DNA of 28,310 nucleotides from Candidatus Hodarchaeum mangrovi (GTDB lineage Archaea > Asgardarchaeota > Heimdallarchaeia > Hodarchaeales > Hodarchaeaceae). This document shows, piece after piece, positions 1 to 8,341 of this stretch. The stretch covers positions 1-28,310 of the forward strand of contig JAEOUE010000060.1 in NCBI GenBank assembly GCA_016839515.1. The letters are read 5' to 3'. The notes under the pieces are model-generated. The model saw only the letters and a list, made by a program, of their open reading frames with translations, had not been told where the DNA came from and did not search any database. Each line of letters opens with the position of its first letter. Position 1 is the first letter of the stretch. Both the position numbers and the translations under genes were made by a program.

Positions 1-2
1 AG

Positions 3-341
3 AAAATAATTATTTTAGCTCGAATTATCTTACAACCAGAAATATCTATTCAAGTACCTCCCAACCTTTTAAATGGATCAAGAAACCGTTTTATCAATGC
101 AGGTATTTCAGATTGGGGTGGTCTTTCGCCACTCACCCCCGATTATATAAATCCGAACCATAAATGGCCCAATATCGTCTATTTAGCAGAAATTTCTGCT
201 AAATCAGGGAAAAAAATGAAAGAAAGACTACCCATATATCCCAGATATCTTAATTTAGGGTGGATTTCCTCTAAAGTCAGACAAGTAATTACAGAACAAG
301 AACTCTCAACAGAAGATGGTTATCGGAAACGGGCTCAATGA
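3..341 (+). CDS. cofG: FO synthase subunit CofG, 3' part (truncated by window edge; not in ORF track)
   Basis: Frame 3 reads KIIILARIILQPEISIQVPPNLL...AGISDWGGLSPLTPDYINPNHKWP...KERLPIYPRY..., matching the CofG C-terminal QxPPNL, DWGGxSP, DYINP and ERLPIYP motifs. Its TGA (339-341) overlaps the cofH ATG (ATGA). Confidence 0.92.
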   Translation, partial: KIIILARIILQPEISIQVPPNLLNGSRNRFINAGISDWGGLSPLTPDYINPNHKWPNIVYLAEISAKSGKKMKERLPIYPRYLNLGWISSKVRQVITEQELSTEDGYRKRAQ

Positions 342-1480
342 TAGGAACTAGAAATGTTAAAGATTTTCTTCGGACTTCATCCATAAAACCGATTTTGAAT
401 AGGATTATGAACAGTGAGTATCCTTCTCCTGGTGAAGCATATGAACTTTTCAAAGTCCAGGGACGGGATATATATTTATTAGCTTACATTGCCGACCAAG
501 TCCGAGAGATACAGGTTGGGCCAGCAATTTCCTATGTTGTTAACCTCAATCTTAACTTTACTAATGTTTGTACTAAGAATTGTTTATTTTGCGCATATTC
601 CGTTTCTCCACAATCTTCTAATGGATTTTTTGAAATTTCTGAAGACTTTATTGCTGAAAAAATTAAGCGTTCTCTTCCTCATGAAATAACAGAGATTTGT
701 ATCCAAGGAGGGATACATCCTCATTCTTCCTTTGAAACCTATCTTCAAATTCTGCGAAATCTAAGACGAATTAAACCAAAAATTCACATTCATGCGTTTT
801 CCCCCCAAGAAATTCATCATGCTGCCCAAACAGCGGATTTAACTATTCAAGAAGTATTAAAAGAGTTCAAAAAGGCTGGATTAGACTCAATGCCAGGAAC
901 AGCTGCAGAAATACTCGATGATGAGATTCGAAGGTTAATTTGTCCCAATAAAATAAAAACTGCCCAATGGTTGGATATTATTAAAACAGCTCATGAGTTA
1001 ACTATTCCCACGACTTCAACAATAATGTTCGGACATATCGAAACTCCCAATCACTGGATTAGACACTTAGAATTACTAAAAGAGCTTCAACAAGAAACTG
1101 GTGGATTTACTGAATTTATACCATTACCCTTTGTAAGTAAAAAAACACTTTTAGCACAGAAATATTCTTCACAACTATTGTGCATGACCAATTTGGATTA
1201 TTTAAAGTTCTACGCGATTTCCCGATTATTTTTAGGTGAAGTAATACCTAATCTTCAAACTTCTTGGGTCAAGTTAGGATTTCCTCTTGCCCTTATGACA
1301 TTAAACGCAGGATGCAATGATATAGGAGGCACATTATTTGAAGAAAATATAACTCGATCAGCCGGAGGCGTTTATGGTCAGGTTGTTACTCCATCTGAAA
1401 TTCAAAGTTTAATATCAACATTGGGAAGACCTTTCAAGCAACGAGATACACTCTATAATTATTTTAATAATCCACATTAA
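338..1480 (+). CDS. cofH: FO synthase subunit CofH (radical SAM)
   Basis: CxxxCxxC in NFTNVCTKNCLFCAY, plus QGGIHP, HIHAFSPQEI, SMPGTAAEIL, TIMFGHIE, NLQTSWVKLG and GCNDIGGTLFEENITRSAG. Translationally coupled to cofG, which favours CofH over MqnC/MqnE. Confidence 0.92.
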   Translation: MIGTRNVKDFLRTSSIKPILNRIMNSEYPSPGEAYELFKVQGRDIYLLAYIADQVREIQVGPAISYVVNLNLNFTNVCTKNCLFCAYSVSPQSSNGFFEISEDFIAEKIKRSLPHEITEICIQGGIHPHSSFETYLQILRNLRRIKPKIHIHAFSPQEIHHAAQTADLTIQEVLKEFKKAGLDSMPGTAAEILDDEIRRLICPNKIKTAQWLDIIKTAHELTIPTTSTIMFGHIETPNHWIRHLELLKELQQETGGFTEFIPLPFVSKKTLLAQKYSSQLLCMTNLDYLKFYAISRLFLGEVIPNLQTSWVKLGFPLALMTLNAGCNDIGGTLFEENITRSAGGVYGQVVTPSEIQSLISTLGRPFKQRDTLYNYFNNPH

Positions 1481-1611
1481 AATGAAAATCCCCGTATAAC
1501 TTTTTGCAAATAAAAAGGATAAAATACTTCGCAAGAATTACTTAAAATAACACAAAAATAGAACAACCTTGTTTGTAATATTTGTTAAAGTGTGACTTTA
1601 TGTGATCTGAA

Positions 1612-1986
1612 ATGGATTTGGAAAAAAAATCTATTTTGGTTGTAGATGACGAAGAGGATACTTTGGAACTTCTCCAGACAATTCTTGAACATGAGGGTTT
1701 TAACGTTTGGAAAGCAATCAATGGAAAAGAAGCTCTTGACATGGTTAAGAAAAATCCTCACCTAATTTTGCGTGATGTGAGAATGCCTGGAGGATTATCA
1801 GGCCTTGAAGTATGCATTTCAGTTAAAAATAATAAAAAATATAGACATATCCCGATTATTATCTTTTCAGCTAAAGTTCTGGATCGTGATATTCGTCAAG
1901 GATTAGAAGCGGGAGCATCTGAATATATCACAAAGCCTTTTAGTTCTGTAGAACTTTTAAAATTAATTAATAAGCATATTCTTTGA
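1612..1986 (+). CDS. Stand-alone response-regulator receiver domain protein (CheY-like)
   Basis: ILVVDDE acidic pocket, phospho-acceptor Asp in LILRDVRMP, PIIIFSA and YITKPF. No output domain. GTGAT SD-like motif upstream. Confidence 0.92.
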   Translation: MDLEKKSILVVDDEEDTLELLQTILEHEGFNVWKAINGKEALDMVKKNPHLILRDVRMPGGLSGLEVCISVKNNKKYRHIPIIIFSAKVLDRDIRQGLEAGASEYITKPFSSVELLKLINKHIL

Positions 1987-2018
1987 ACTATTGCAATTTT
2001 AACAAAATTAATTGAATT

Positions 2019-3086
2019 ATGGTGAGCAATTTGGTTTTTATTGTAATACTCGCAGGTGGAGGGGGAGAACGCTTATGGCCATTTTCACGTCAAAATCTAC
2101 CAAAGCAGTGCATCTCATTGGATGGTAAGCTAACCTTAATCCAGCATACATACAATCGGGCACTTAATATTGTAGAGAATTCAAAAATTCTTGTATCAAC
2201 CCGTAATGAACTTCAACGCCTCATTAAAAAACAATTACCTAATGCATTAGTGATTGCAGAACCCTTAGCTCGTGATTCTGCAGCTGGAATGGGCTATGCC
2301 TGTGCTCATCTCCTTGAAAAAGGCATTAATGAACCTACAATTTTCATGGGGGCTGATTATTTCATTCCAGACATAACTCGTTTCAAGGAGGTTTTAGAAA
2401 CTGCTGTATCATTGGCTAATCAAGAAAAAATTTCAACCATAGGTATTAAACCTAGAAGAGTTGAAACACGCTTTGGTTATATAAATCCAGGAGAGAAAAT
2501 CCCCGATTCTAAAACTCCTGCCTATTTAGTTCAAAGTTTTGCAGAAAAGCCGACGAAAGTTTTAGCCAAAGAATACATAGCACATGGCTATCTTTGGAAT
2601 TCAGGAATGTTTGTAGTTAAACCCACAGTCCTATATGATAATTTTCGTCGTTATATGCCCCGTCTGTATGAAGCCTTAAACCAGATTAGAGAAACAAAAT
2701 TTGATCCTAAAGTAGCATATGAACGGTTTACCTCATTATCAAAAGTTTCTATTGATTATGGAGTAATGGAGAAAACCTCTGATTTAATAGTAGTTAAAGG
2801 AGATTTTGAATGGGATGATATAGGAACATGGGATTCTATGGATCGTATCCTAGAAAGTGATAGTGATGGTAATGTAGTACAAGCTCCTTTCTTAGGAGTA
2901 GAAACACAAGATTGTGTAATTTTTGGGAAAAAACCAATAATTACTTTAGGTATTTCAAATCTTGTTATAATCGAAGCTGCGGATTGTGTGTTTGTTTGTA
3001 CAAAAAAGAATGCCAGATCTATAAAAAAAATAACAACACGCTTGGAAACCCATCCTGAATTGAAAAAGTTATTGAATTTTCAGTAG
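2019..3086 (+). CDS. manC: Mannose-1-phosphate guanylyltransferase (monofunctional, no PMI cupin domain)
   Basis: VILAGGGGERLWPFSRQNLPKQ, EPLARDSA, ETRFGYI, FAEKP, WNSGMF, SIDYGVMEK and WDDIGTW. Confidence 0.88.
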   Translation: MVSNLVFIVILAGGGGERLWPFSRQNLPKQCISLDGKLTLIQHTYNRALNIVENSKILVSTRNELQRLIKKQLPNALVIAEPLARDSAAGMGYACAHLLEKGINEPTIFMGADYFIPDITRFKEVLETAVSLANQEKISTIGIKPRRVETRFGYINPGEKIPDSKTPAYLVQSFAEKPTKVLAKEYIAHGYLWNSGMFVVKPTVLYDNFRRYMPRLYEALNQIRETKFDPKVAYERFTSLSKVSIDYGVMEKTSDLIVVKGDFEWDDIGTWDSMDRILESDSDGNVVQAPFLGVETQDCVIFGKKPIITLGISNLVIIEAADCVFVCTKKNARSIKKITTRLETHPELKKLLNFQ

Positions 3087-3473
3087 TTTTTCAACCTTAT
3101 CCAGTTCTCTTTTTCGAATGAAGAATAATAGTAAGCCAAAAAAGAAAAAGAGACCACCAAAACTGAAATATATTTCGATAATCAATTCATAATCAGCTTG
3201 AGTATTTCCTACTGCACTTAGAACGAATAATATCATTATTAGATATATAAATCCCCCTACAAGAAGGAACAAATAGGACCCCCAAATTAGTATTTTTGTC
3301 CGCTTTTGAACCCGTTTTGAATAACAATTATTACATAACCAACCATCGGTGATTTTATCTCCATAAGAATTGGTTTGTTGTCCACGAACCATGTAGGTGA
3401 TAGCAAAATTCTGTTTACACAGAAGACATTCCTTTTCTCGAACCATTGAAAATCGTGTTACTTTTTTCGTCAA
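3069..3473 (-). CDS. Small hypothetical membrane protein with N-terminal CxxC...CxxC (Zn-binding-like) domain and two TM helices
   Basis: CLLC and CNNC pairs followed by two hydrophobic segments and a basic tail. Start is TTG 3473 or ATG 3446. The 3' end overlaps manC by 18 nt. Confidence 0.7.
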   Translation of the reverse strand: MTKKVTRFSMVREKECLLCKQNFAITYMVRGQQTNSYGDKITDGWLCNNCYSKRVQKRTKILIWGSYLFLLVGGFIYLIMILFVLSAVGNTQADYELIIEIYFSFGGLFFFFGLLLFFIRKRELDKVEKLLKIQ

Positions 3474-3555
3474 CTTTGAAGAAACTTTTTACTTTGGCCA
3501 AAAAGTGCGTGTATAATAATAAAATCAGTTTTAATAAATAATTTAGGTTTTATTC

Positions 3556-4545
3556 TTGGCAACGAAGAAAAATTCCACCATGGGTCACTTGATTAGTTTT
3601 CGGTCTTTTATTTTTGGACTGTTCTTAGCTCTCTTAGTATATTTTCTCTTAATGGTTTTGAGTGGATGGGAGGAACTCCTTCAAAATATTGTAAAAATTA
3701 ATCCCCTTATTCTACTTGTAGCCATGATATTGAGTCTTGGCAACTATATTTTTCGTTTTTTAAAATGGCATTTATTCACTAATAGTTTAAACCTTGAAGT
3801 TTCCTTTATGAATAATTTTCTTATCTTTTTTTCAGGTTTAAGTTTAGCCATTACTCCTGCAAAGGCAGGTGAGGCGATTCGTGCATTTTTACTACGAGAG
3901 ATGAGTCCTTCAGGATTATCCCAAGGATTAGCTTCAACATTTTCAGAACGATTAATTGATCTTTTAGCGGTAACAATTTTATCGTTATTTGGAATTCTTT
4001 TTCTTGGAAGTTACCATACAAGTGTATATTTACCAATTCTTCTTTTAATTCTAGTAACAATCATTTTAGGGGTTTTGATATTTCTATTCAATCCCTTGTA
4101 TAATATTTTTGTCAAAATTTTTAAGCTAGAAAAGTGGGGAAGTTTAGGATCTAAAATAGATCAATTTAGATCAGATGTTATTATTACTTTTCATTTTTTA
4201 ACGTTTGTTGGTGCATTGATGCTTGGATTAATAGGCTGGACCTGTGAAGGAATAGGGTTTTTTTTGATAGCTCAAAATTTACAGATCCAAATAACATTCG
4301 ACGCAGCAATATTTATATATGCCACTTCCTCATTATTAGGAGCCATATCATTTCTCCCAGGAGGATTAGGAGTAATGGAAGGAAGTATGGAAGTTTTTTT
4401 AGCCGATTTACTTAAAATTGGAACCGCCCTTGCTGCAGCATTAATAATTTTAATCCGTTTGACCACTTTGTGGTTTGGGGTAAGCCTTGGATTAGTTTTT
4501 CTCTTAATCATTACTAAAAAAGTAGAAAAAACTCCTGAATCATAA
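3556..4545 (+). CDS. UPF0104 / lysylphosphatidylglycerol-synthase TM domain (AglD2-like putative flippase)
   Basis: Polytopic membrane protein with RFLKW, TPAKAGEAIRAF, ERLIDL, PGGLGVMEG and IRLTTLW family motifs. Confidence 0.88.
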   Translation: MATKKNSTMGHLISFRSFIFGLFLALLVYFLLMVLSGWEELLQNIVKINPLILLVAMILSLGNYIFRFLKWHLFTNSLNLEVSFMNNFLIFFSGLSLAITPAKAGEAIRAFLLREMSPSGLSQGLASTFSERLIDLLAVTILSLFGILFLGSYHTSVYLPILLLILVTIILGVLIFLFNPLYNIFVKIFKLEKWGSLGSKIDQFRSDVIITFHFLTFVGALMLGLIGWTCEGIGFFLIAQNLQIQITFDAAIFIYATSSLLGAISFLPGGLGVMEGSMEVFLADLLKIGTALAAALIILIRLTTLWFGVSLGLVFLLIITKKVEKTPES

Positions 4546-4713
4546 TTACCTATGAAATTGAAGCTTGGAGAAAAAGGCCTATAATTTGATTAACACATGA
4601 AGGAAGATGAAATAAAGTCCATGAAATTGTTGTATCTTATTATTTCATGACTCCTTATGGGTCAAAATATCGTAAATGGAATCACTTCAAATTAAACGTT
4701 TTTATCAATCTAT

Positions 4714-6750
4714 TTATTTAATGAATTCTTTCTTAAAAAAGAAGATAATGACAAGCGTGATTAAAATCATGCCAAAGAAATAGTTTGAAAATCCAGTATT
4801 TTGACTGGAAAATGTATTGGAAGAGAAAATAGAGCTAGTAGTGCTAGTATAAGAATTGGAAGCATCATTAGAAGAACTAGTTGTGGAGGTATAATGAGAA
4901 GAACTAGTTGGAGAGGTAGGAAAACTAACTGATGATGTTGTGTAAGTGGTATCCGGTTGTTTAGTGAAAGTTATCGTATATGCATGCGTACCTTCTTCAC
5001 ATGTTATTAGATTTTCAGTAAATGAATAATAAGGAATATTTCCATCCAATATTACCGATTCTATAGTTGAATCGTCATCAAAATGTATAAATAAAGAGCC
5101 ATTAATTTTAGAAGAGACAGATTTTAAATGAACTCGCCTTTCTTGTATATTAATTGAGATTCCAGTAAAAGCTCCTCCTGTACCATATTCAGCAGGTAAA
5201 GTAGTATGTAATCCATATCCCCAATCAATAATTACATCTTCTGATAGAATAAATGAACTTGGTAAGGCTAGGATCGCTTCTATAGGGGCTAGATCAAACA
5301 CTCTTGCAGGATACCCATTATAATTGGGATAAGGTTGAAGTGTAATAGTGTCAAGCATGTTAGTATAACCCTTTGAAAACCTATGTGTCTGCATTAATTG
5401 ATTATAATGGAACTTTGACTTTGTGAGAAAAATCTCATTTTGAGTATATTGATATAATAAACTCGCGGTTCGAGCAACCATTATGTTACTAGAGCCAGAG
5501 AATTGACTTTGTGTGGTAAATGTATTGGGTGAATGGATCACAAGAGAGTTACTCATTAAAATTCCATCTGGTTTTATTGGATCTGAACCTAGGAATTCAT
5601 TTTCAAAATCTATAATTGCTTTATTGAGAAACTCCTCATTATTGGTTATTTCATAGGCTAGAATCATAGCATAATCGACATAAATCGAATTCATTTCTGG
5701 GATACCCATTGAAATCCCTCCTGAGACAGATGAAACCTTATAAACCCACCATTGATCAGGATGCCATATATAATCGCACATTGCCTGAGCTGTTTTACTG
5801 ATTAGCTCAAAATAGGTGTGAACTCCCGTACCAGCCGAATTATTCCAATCATTTAGAATATAAGCGAGTTCTAAAGTACATAGCCATCCTGTCATGTCAT
5901 AATGGGAAACTGAACTATCTAAAACACTACCAGTAATAGCATTAATGCTTCGGGGTAGAAGACCATTTCCTAGGTTATATGACCAAACTTTCTCAATTGT
6001 TTTATCAGCCCAATTCTTATATTTTATGTCTCCAGTTATTTCAGCCATCCATAATAATTGATTAATTCTTCCAGTTATACTTGGTGACCATGTTAAATGG
6101 CAATTTGTTCCTGTAATCTCTCCATCTTTATTTCGCGATGGATAGATTAGGTTTTCTGGAGACCAGAATATTTCATAACTATCTGAAATAAGATCTTCGA
6201 AAAATGGAATATAATATGGATCTTCAAGGGCAATAGGAATGAATAATCCCACAGGTGAGAATGTATCATCTACTATTACATCATTTTTCCAGTCATAGGT
6301 ACAAATTACATCATAGATAGTGTCTGCCAAATTCAATTGAGCTGAAGTGAATTTCAAAACGTTATTAAACATTTCACGGGCAAGAGTAAGATAACTAGAA
6401 TCATTTGTTATCTTATACATAGCATAATATATAGGTAAATAACCTAGATTATTCGTGGTACTGAAATTGACATTTTTAATAACTTCTGTTGAAAAGAAGA
6501 AACCTGTTTGATTTGCTCCATAGAAATCTTTTCGTAATTGTAACCTATCCCACGCATATTTTGCATCTTGATATAACTGAACAATAGAAATTGATGATGA
6601 ACCATCTGTTGGAAATTCATTTGCTGTTTTAGCCATTTCAAGTAAATTAAACTCTAAAGCAATAAGAAAGGTTAAAGAAAAACTAAGAATAATTAAGGAA
6701 AGAATTAATGGATTCACTAATGCCTTCTTCAGCTTAAATATGGAATTCAT
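4714..6750 (-). CDS. Secreted, membrane-anchored (alpha/alpha)-barrel glycoside-hydrolase-like protein (GH47-like, divergent) with Ser/Thr linker and C-terminal TM anchor
   Basis: N-terminal hydrophobic signal and repeated helical-hairpin motifs (YKITNDSSYL, AEITGDIKY, YEITNNEEFL, YQYTQNEIFL). Ends in an S/T-rich stalk then TGF-hydrophobic-KKEFIK. A GAGGT SD favours ATG 6750 over ATG 6762. Confidence 0.7.
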   Translation of the reverse strand: MNSIFKLKKALVNPLILSLIILSFSLTFLIALEFNLLEMAKTANEFPTDGSSSISIVQLYQDAKYAWDRLQLRKDFYGANQTGFFFSTEVIKNVNFSTTNNLGYLPIYYAMYKITNDSSYLTLAREMFNNVLKFTSAQLNLADTIYDVICTYDWKNDVIVDDTFSPVGLFIPIALEDPYYIPFFEDLISDSYEIFWSPENLIYPSRNKDGEITGTNCHLTWSPSITGRINQLLWMAEITGDIKYKNWADKTIEKVWSYNLGNGLLPRSINAITGSVLDSSVSHYDMTGWLCTLELAYILNDWNNSAGTGVHTYFELISKTAQAMCDYIWHPDQWWVYKVSSVSGGISMGIPEMNSIYVDYAMILAYEITNNEEFLNKAIIDFENEFLGSDPIKPDGILMSNSLVIHSPNTFTTQSQFSGSSNIMVARTASLLYQYTQNEIFLTKSKFHYNQLMQTHRFSKGYTNMLDTITLQPYPNYNGYPARVFDLAPIEAILALPSSFILSEDVIIDWGYGLHTTLPAEYGTGGAFTGISINIQERRVHLKSVSSKINGSLFIHFDDDSTIESVILDGNIPYYSFTENLITCEEGTHAYTITFTKQPDTTYTTSSVSFPTSPTSSSHYTSTTSSSNDASNSYTSTTSSIFSSNTFSSQNTGFSNYFFGMILITLVIIFFFKKEFIK
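4800..4950 (-). repeat. Low-complexity Ser/Thr coding repeats
   Basis: AGAAGAACTAGTTG occurs at 4870-4883 and 4897-4910 (27-nt period), encoding TSSS units of the linker. Confidence 0.7.
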
Positions 6751-7344
6751 TAGATACCTCATCCGCTTTATGGTCTGCTATATTCCTTTCAAATTTCTTA
6801 TTTATGAATTTTAAGATCAGTGAATGACAGGAGTCAAGCACACCATTATTCATATTGAATGAAGAAAATACTTTTTAACCAACTGGGTGTAAATTCGATT
6901 TGTTTATTACTGTTACTCTAAGGAATTTTATATTTTGCTCAAGAAAAGTTTTATTTAAATTTAAAATTTTGTTATTCATATATCTATTCGATATTTCATT
7001 ATTAAAATTATAATTTACTTTGATATCAATATTTGAGCTACTAGATCCTTGATATAGACTTTTAACAATTACTATGAATTATTTGTTTTAAATATAACGC
7101 AAATCTCAGTTATTTTCATCAAACAGGTATTTTTTCGAATTCTTTGATTTTCTTCATTAATCGCATTCCAATTATTGCAACAAACATTAAAGACTATTAT
7201 ATGAACATCTACTCATTCAAGATAAAAACAAAAGCAATTTTTTTACATAAAACCTTACTTCTAAAAGTACGTATTTATTTAGTATCTGATTGATAATCGA
7301 CGTAAGAATAATGGATTATACTTAGAATCTATTATCTTAAAGAA

Positions 7345-7361
7345 GAATAAAGGTTTAAATT
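7345..7361 (+). promoter_or_regulatory. Possible archaeal BRE/TATA box for the acyltransferase-GT2-deacetylase block
   Basis: Purine-rich GAATAAAGG followed by TTTAAA (7354-7359), about 35-45 nt before the start codons. The AT-rich background makes this weak. Confidence 0.3.
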
Positions 7362-7391
7362 TCAGAAAAAAATTACCAAAGATCGAATGGT

Positions 7392-8294
7392 GTGATACAA
7401 GTGATCGAATGGGTTAATAAAATAAAAAAATTCAAAATCACTGGTGAATCTGAACTTCAGATACCTGAAGACTTTAGAATAGGCTCTAATTGTAAAATTC
7501 AGGTTGATAAAAAACTTAAGATAGGGAAAGACTGTTCGATTGGCGATAATTGTGTTATTAAGGGAGTAAATGTAGACATAGGGGATCATTTACGCCTTGT
7601 CGGGCATGCAGAGATTGGTGGCGGTAGTTGTTTTGATCCTTCCTCTAGCTTAAAAGTAGGTGATCATTTTCATCTTGGAAAATATGGATTTATCAATACA
7701 GCACGATCTGTTGTCATAGGAGATGAAGTTGGATTGGGAATGGGATCAAAAATATTTACCCATGGAGCATATCTTAGTGTATTAGAAGGTTTTCCTGTAA
7801 GCTTTGCTCCTGTAACCCTTGGTAACCGTGTTTGGTGCCCTGGGGCAATAATAAATCCTGGAGTGACCATTGGAAATGATGTGGTTATAGGAGTGGGATC
7901 AGTTGTGACCCACGATATTCCATCAAATTCCTTAGCAGTCGGTGTCCCTGCAAAAGTAATTAAAAGTAATTACCCTAAAATTCCAAACTCAGATCAAAAA
8001 TCACTTATTCTTCAAAAAATAATAAAAGAGGCAACCGAGAATTTAAATTATAAGAAACCCGAATATGAAATTGTTATAAAATATCATCGAAGTGAAAATG
8101 GTCAGCCTAAATGTATTAAGATAGAAATAAATAATAAAACACTTATTTACTCTTTTAATTCTGCTAATGATAATTCACCAACATTTTTAGTTGATATTGA
8201 GCATCATGATGGAGTACCAAACGAGGTTGAAGAAATATTCACAAATCAATTACGTAGATACGGAATAAGACTAAAAAAGGATTATTTCATTTAA
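7392..8294 (+). CDS. Hexapeptide-repeat (left-handed beta-helix) acyltransferase
   Basis: Repeats such as IGKDCSIGDNCVI, IFTHG, VTLGNRVW, PGVTIGNDVVIGVGSVVTHDIP and AVGVPAKVIK. GTG start at 7392 or 7401; the latter has a GGTGTGA SD-like motif. Confidence 0.88.
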   Translation: MIQVIEWVNKIKKFKITGESELQIPEDFRIGSNCKIQVDKKLKIGKDCSIGDNCVIKGVNVDIGDHLRLVGHAEIGGGSCFDPSSSLKVGDHFHLGKYGFINTARSVVIGDEVGLGMGSKIFTHGAYLSVLEGFPVSFAPVTLGNRVWCPGAIINPGVTIGNDVVIGVGSVVTHDIPSNSLAVGVPAKVIKSNYPKIPNSDQKSLILQKIIKEATENLNYKKPEYEIVIKYHRSENGQPKCIKIEINNKTLIYSFNSANDNSPTFLVDIEHHDGVPNEVEEIFTNQLRRYGIRLKKDYFI

Positions 8295-8341
8295 AAAGCA
8301 CTCATAACATGTTATCGATTTAAAGATCAAGGAGGAATACA

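Noticed and set aside
3-1480. Functional link between F420 synthesis (cofGH) and the glycan locus
   Set aside because: No F420-dependent enzyme is recognisable in the locus; adjacency alone is not evidence.
1771-1776. Arg in place of the usual hydrophobic residue before the receiver's phospho-Asp (LILRD)
   Set aside because: It is a single substitution with all catalytic residues intact, and could be a variant or read error.
4596-4660. SECIS-like element (ATGA...AA...GA) in the hairpin
   Set aside because: The ATGA copies are Watson-Crick paired or lack an opposing GA, so there is no kink-turn core. Both flanking genes end in TAA with no in-frame TGA to recode.
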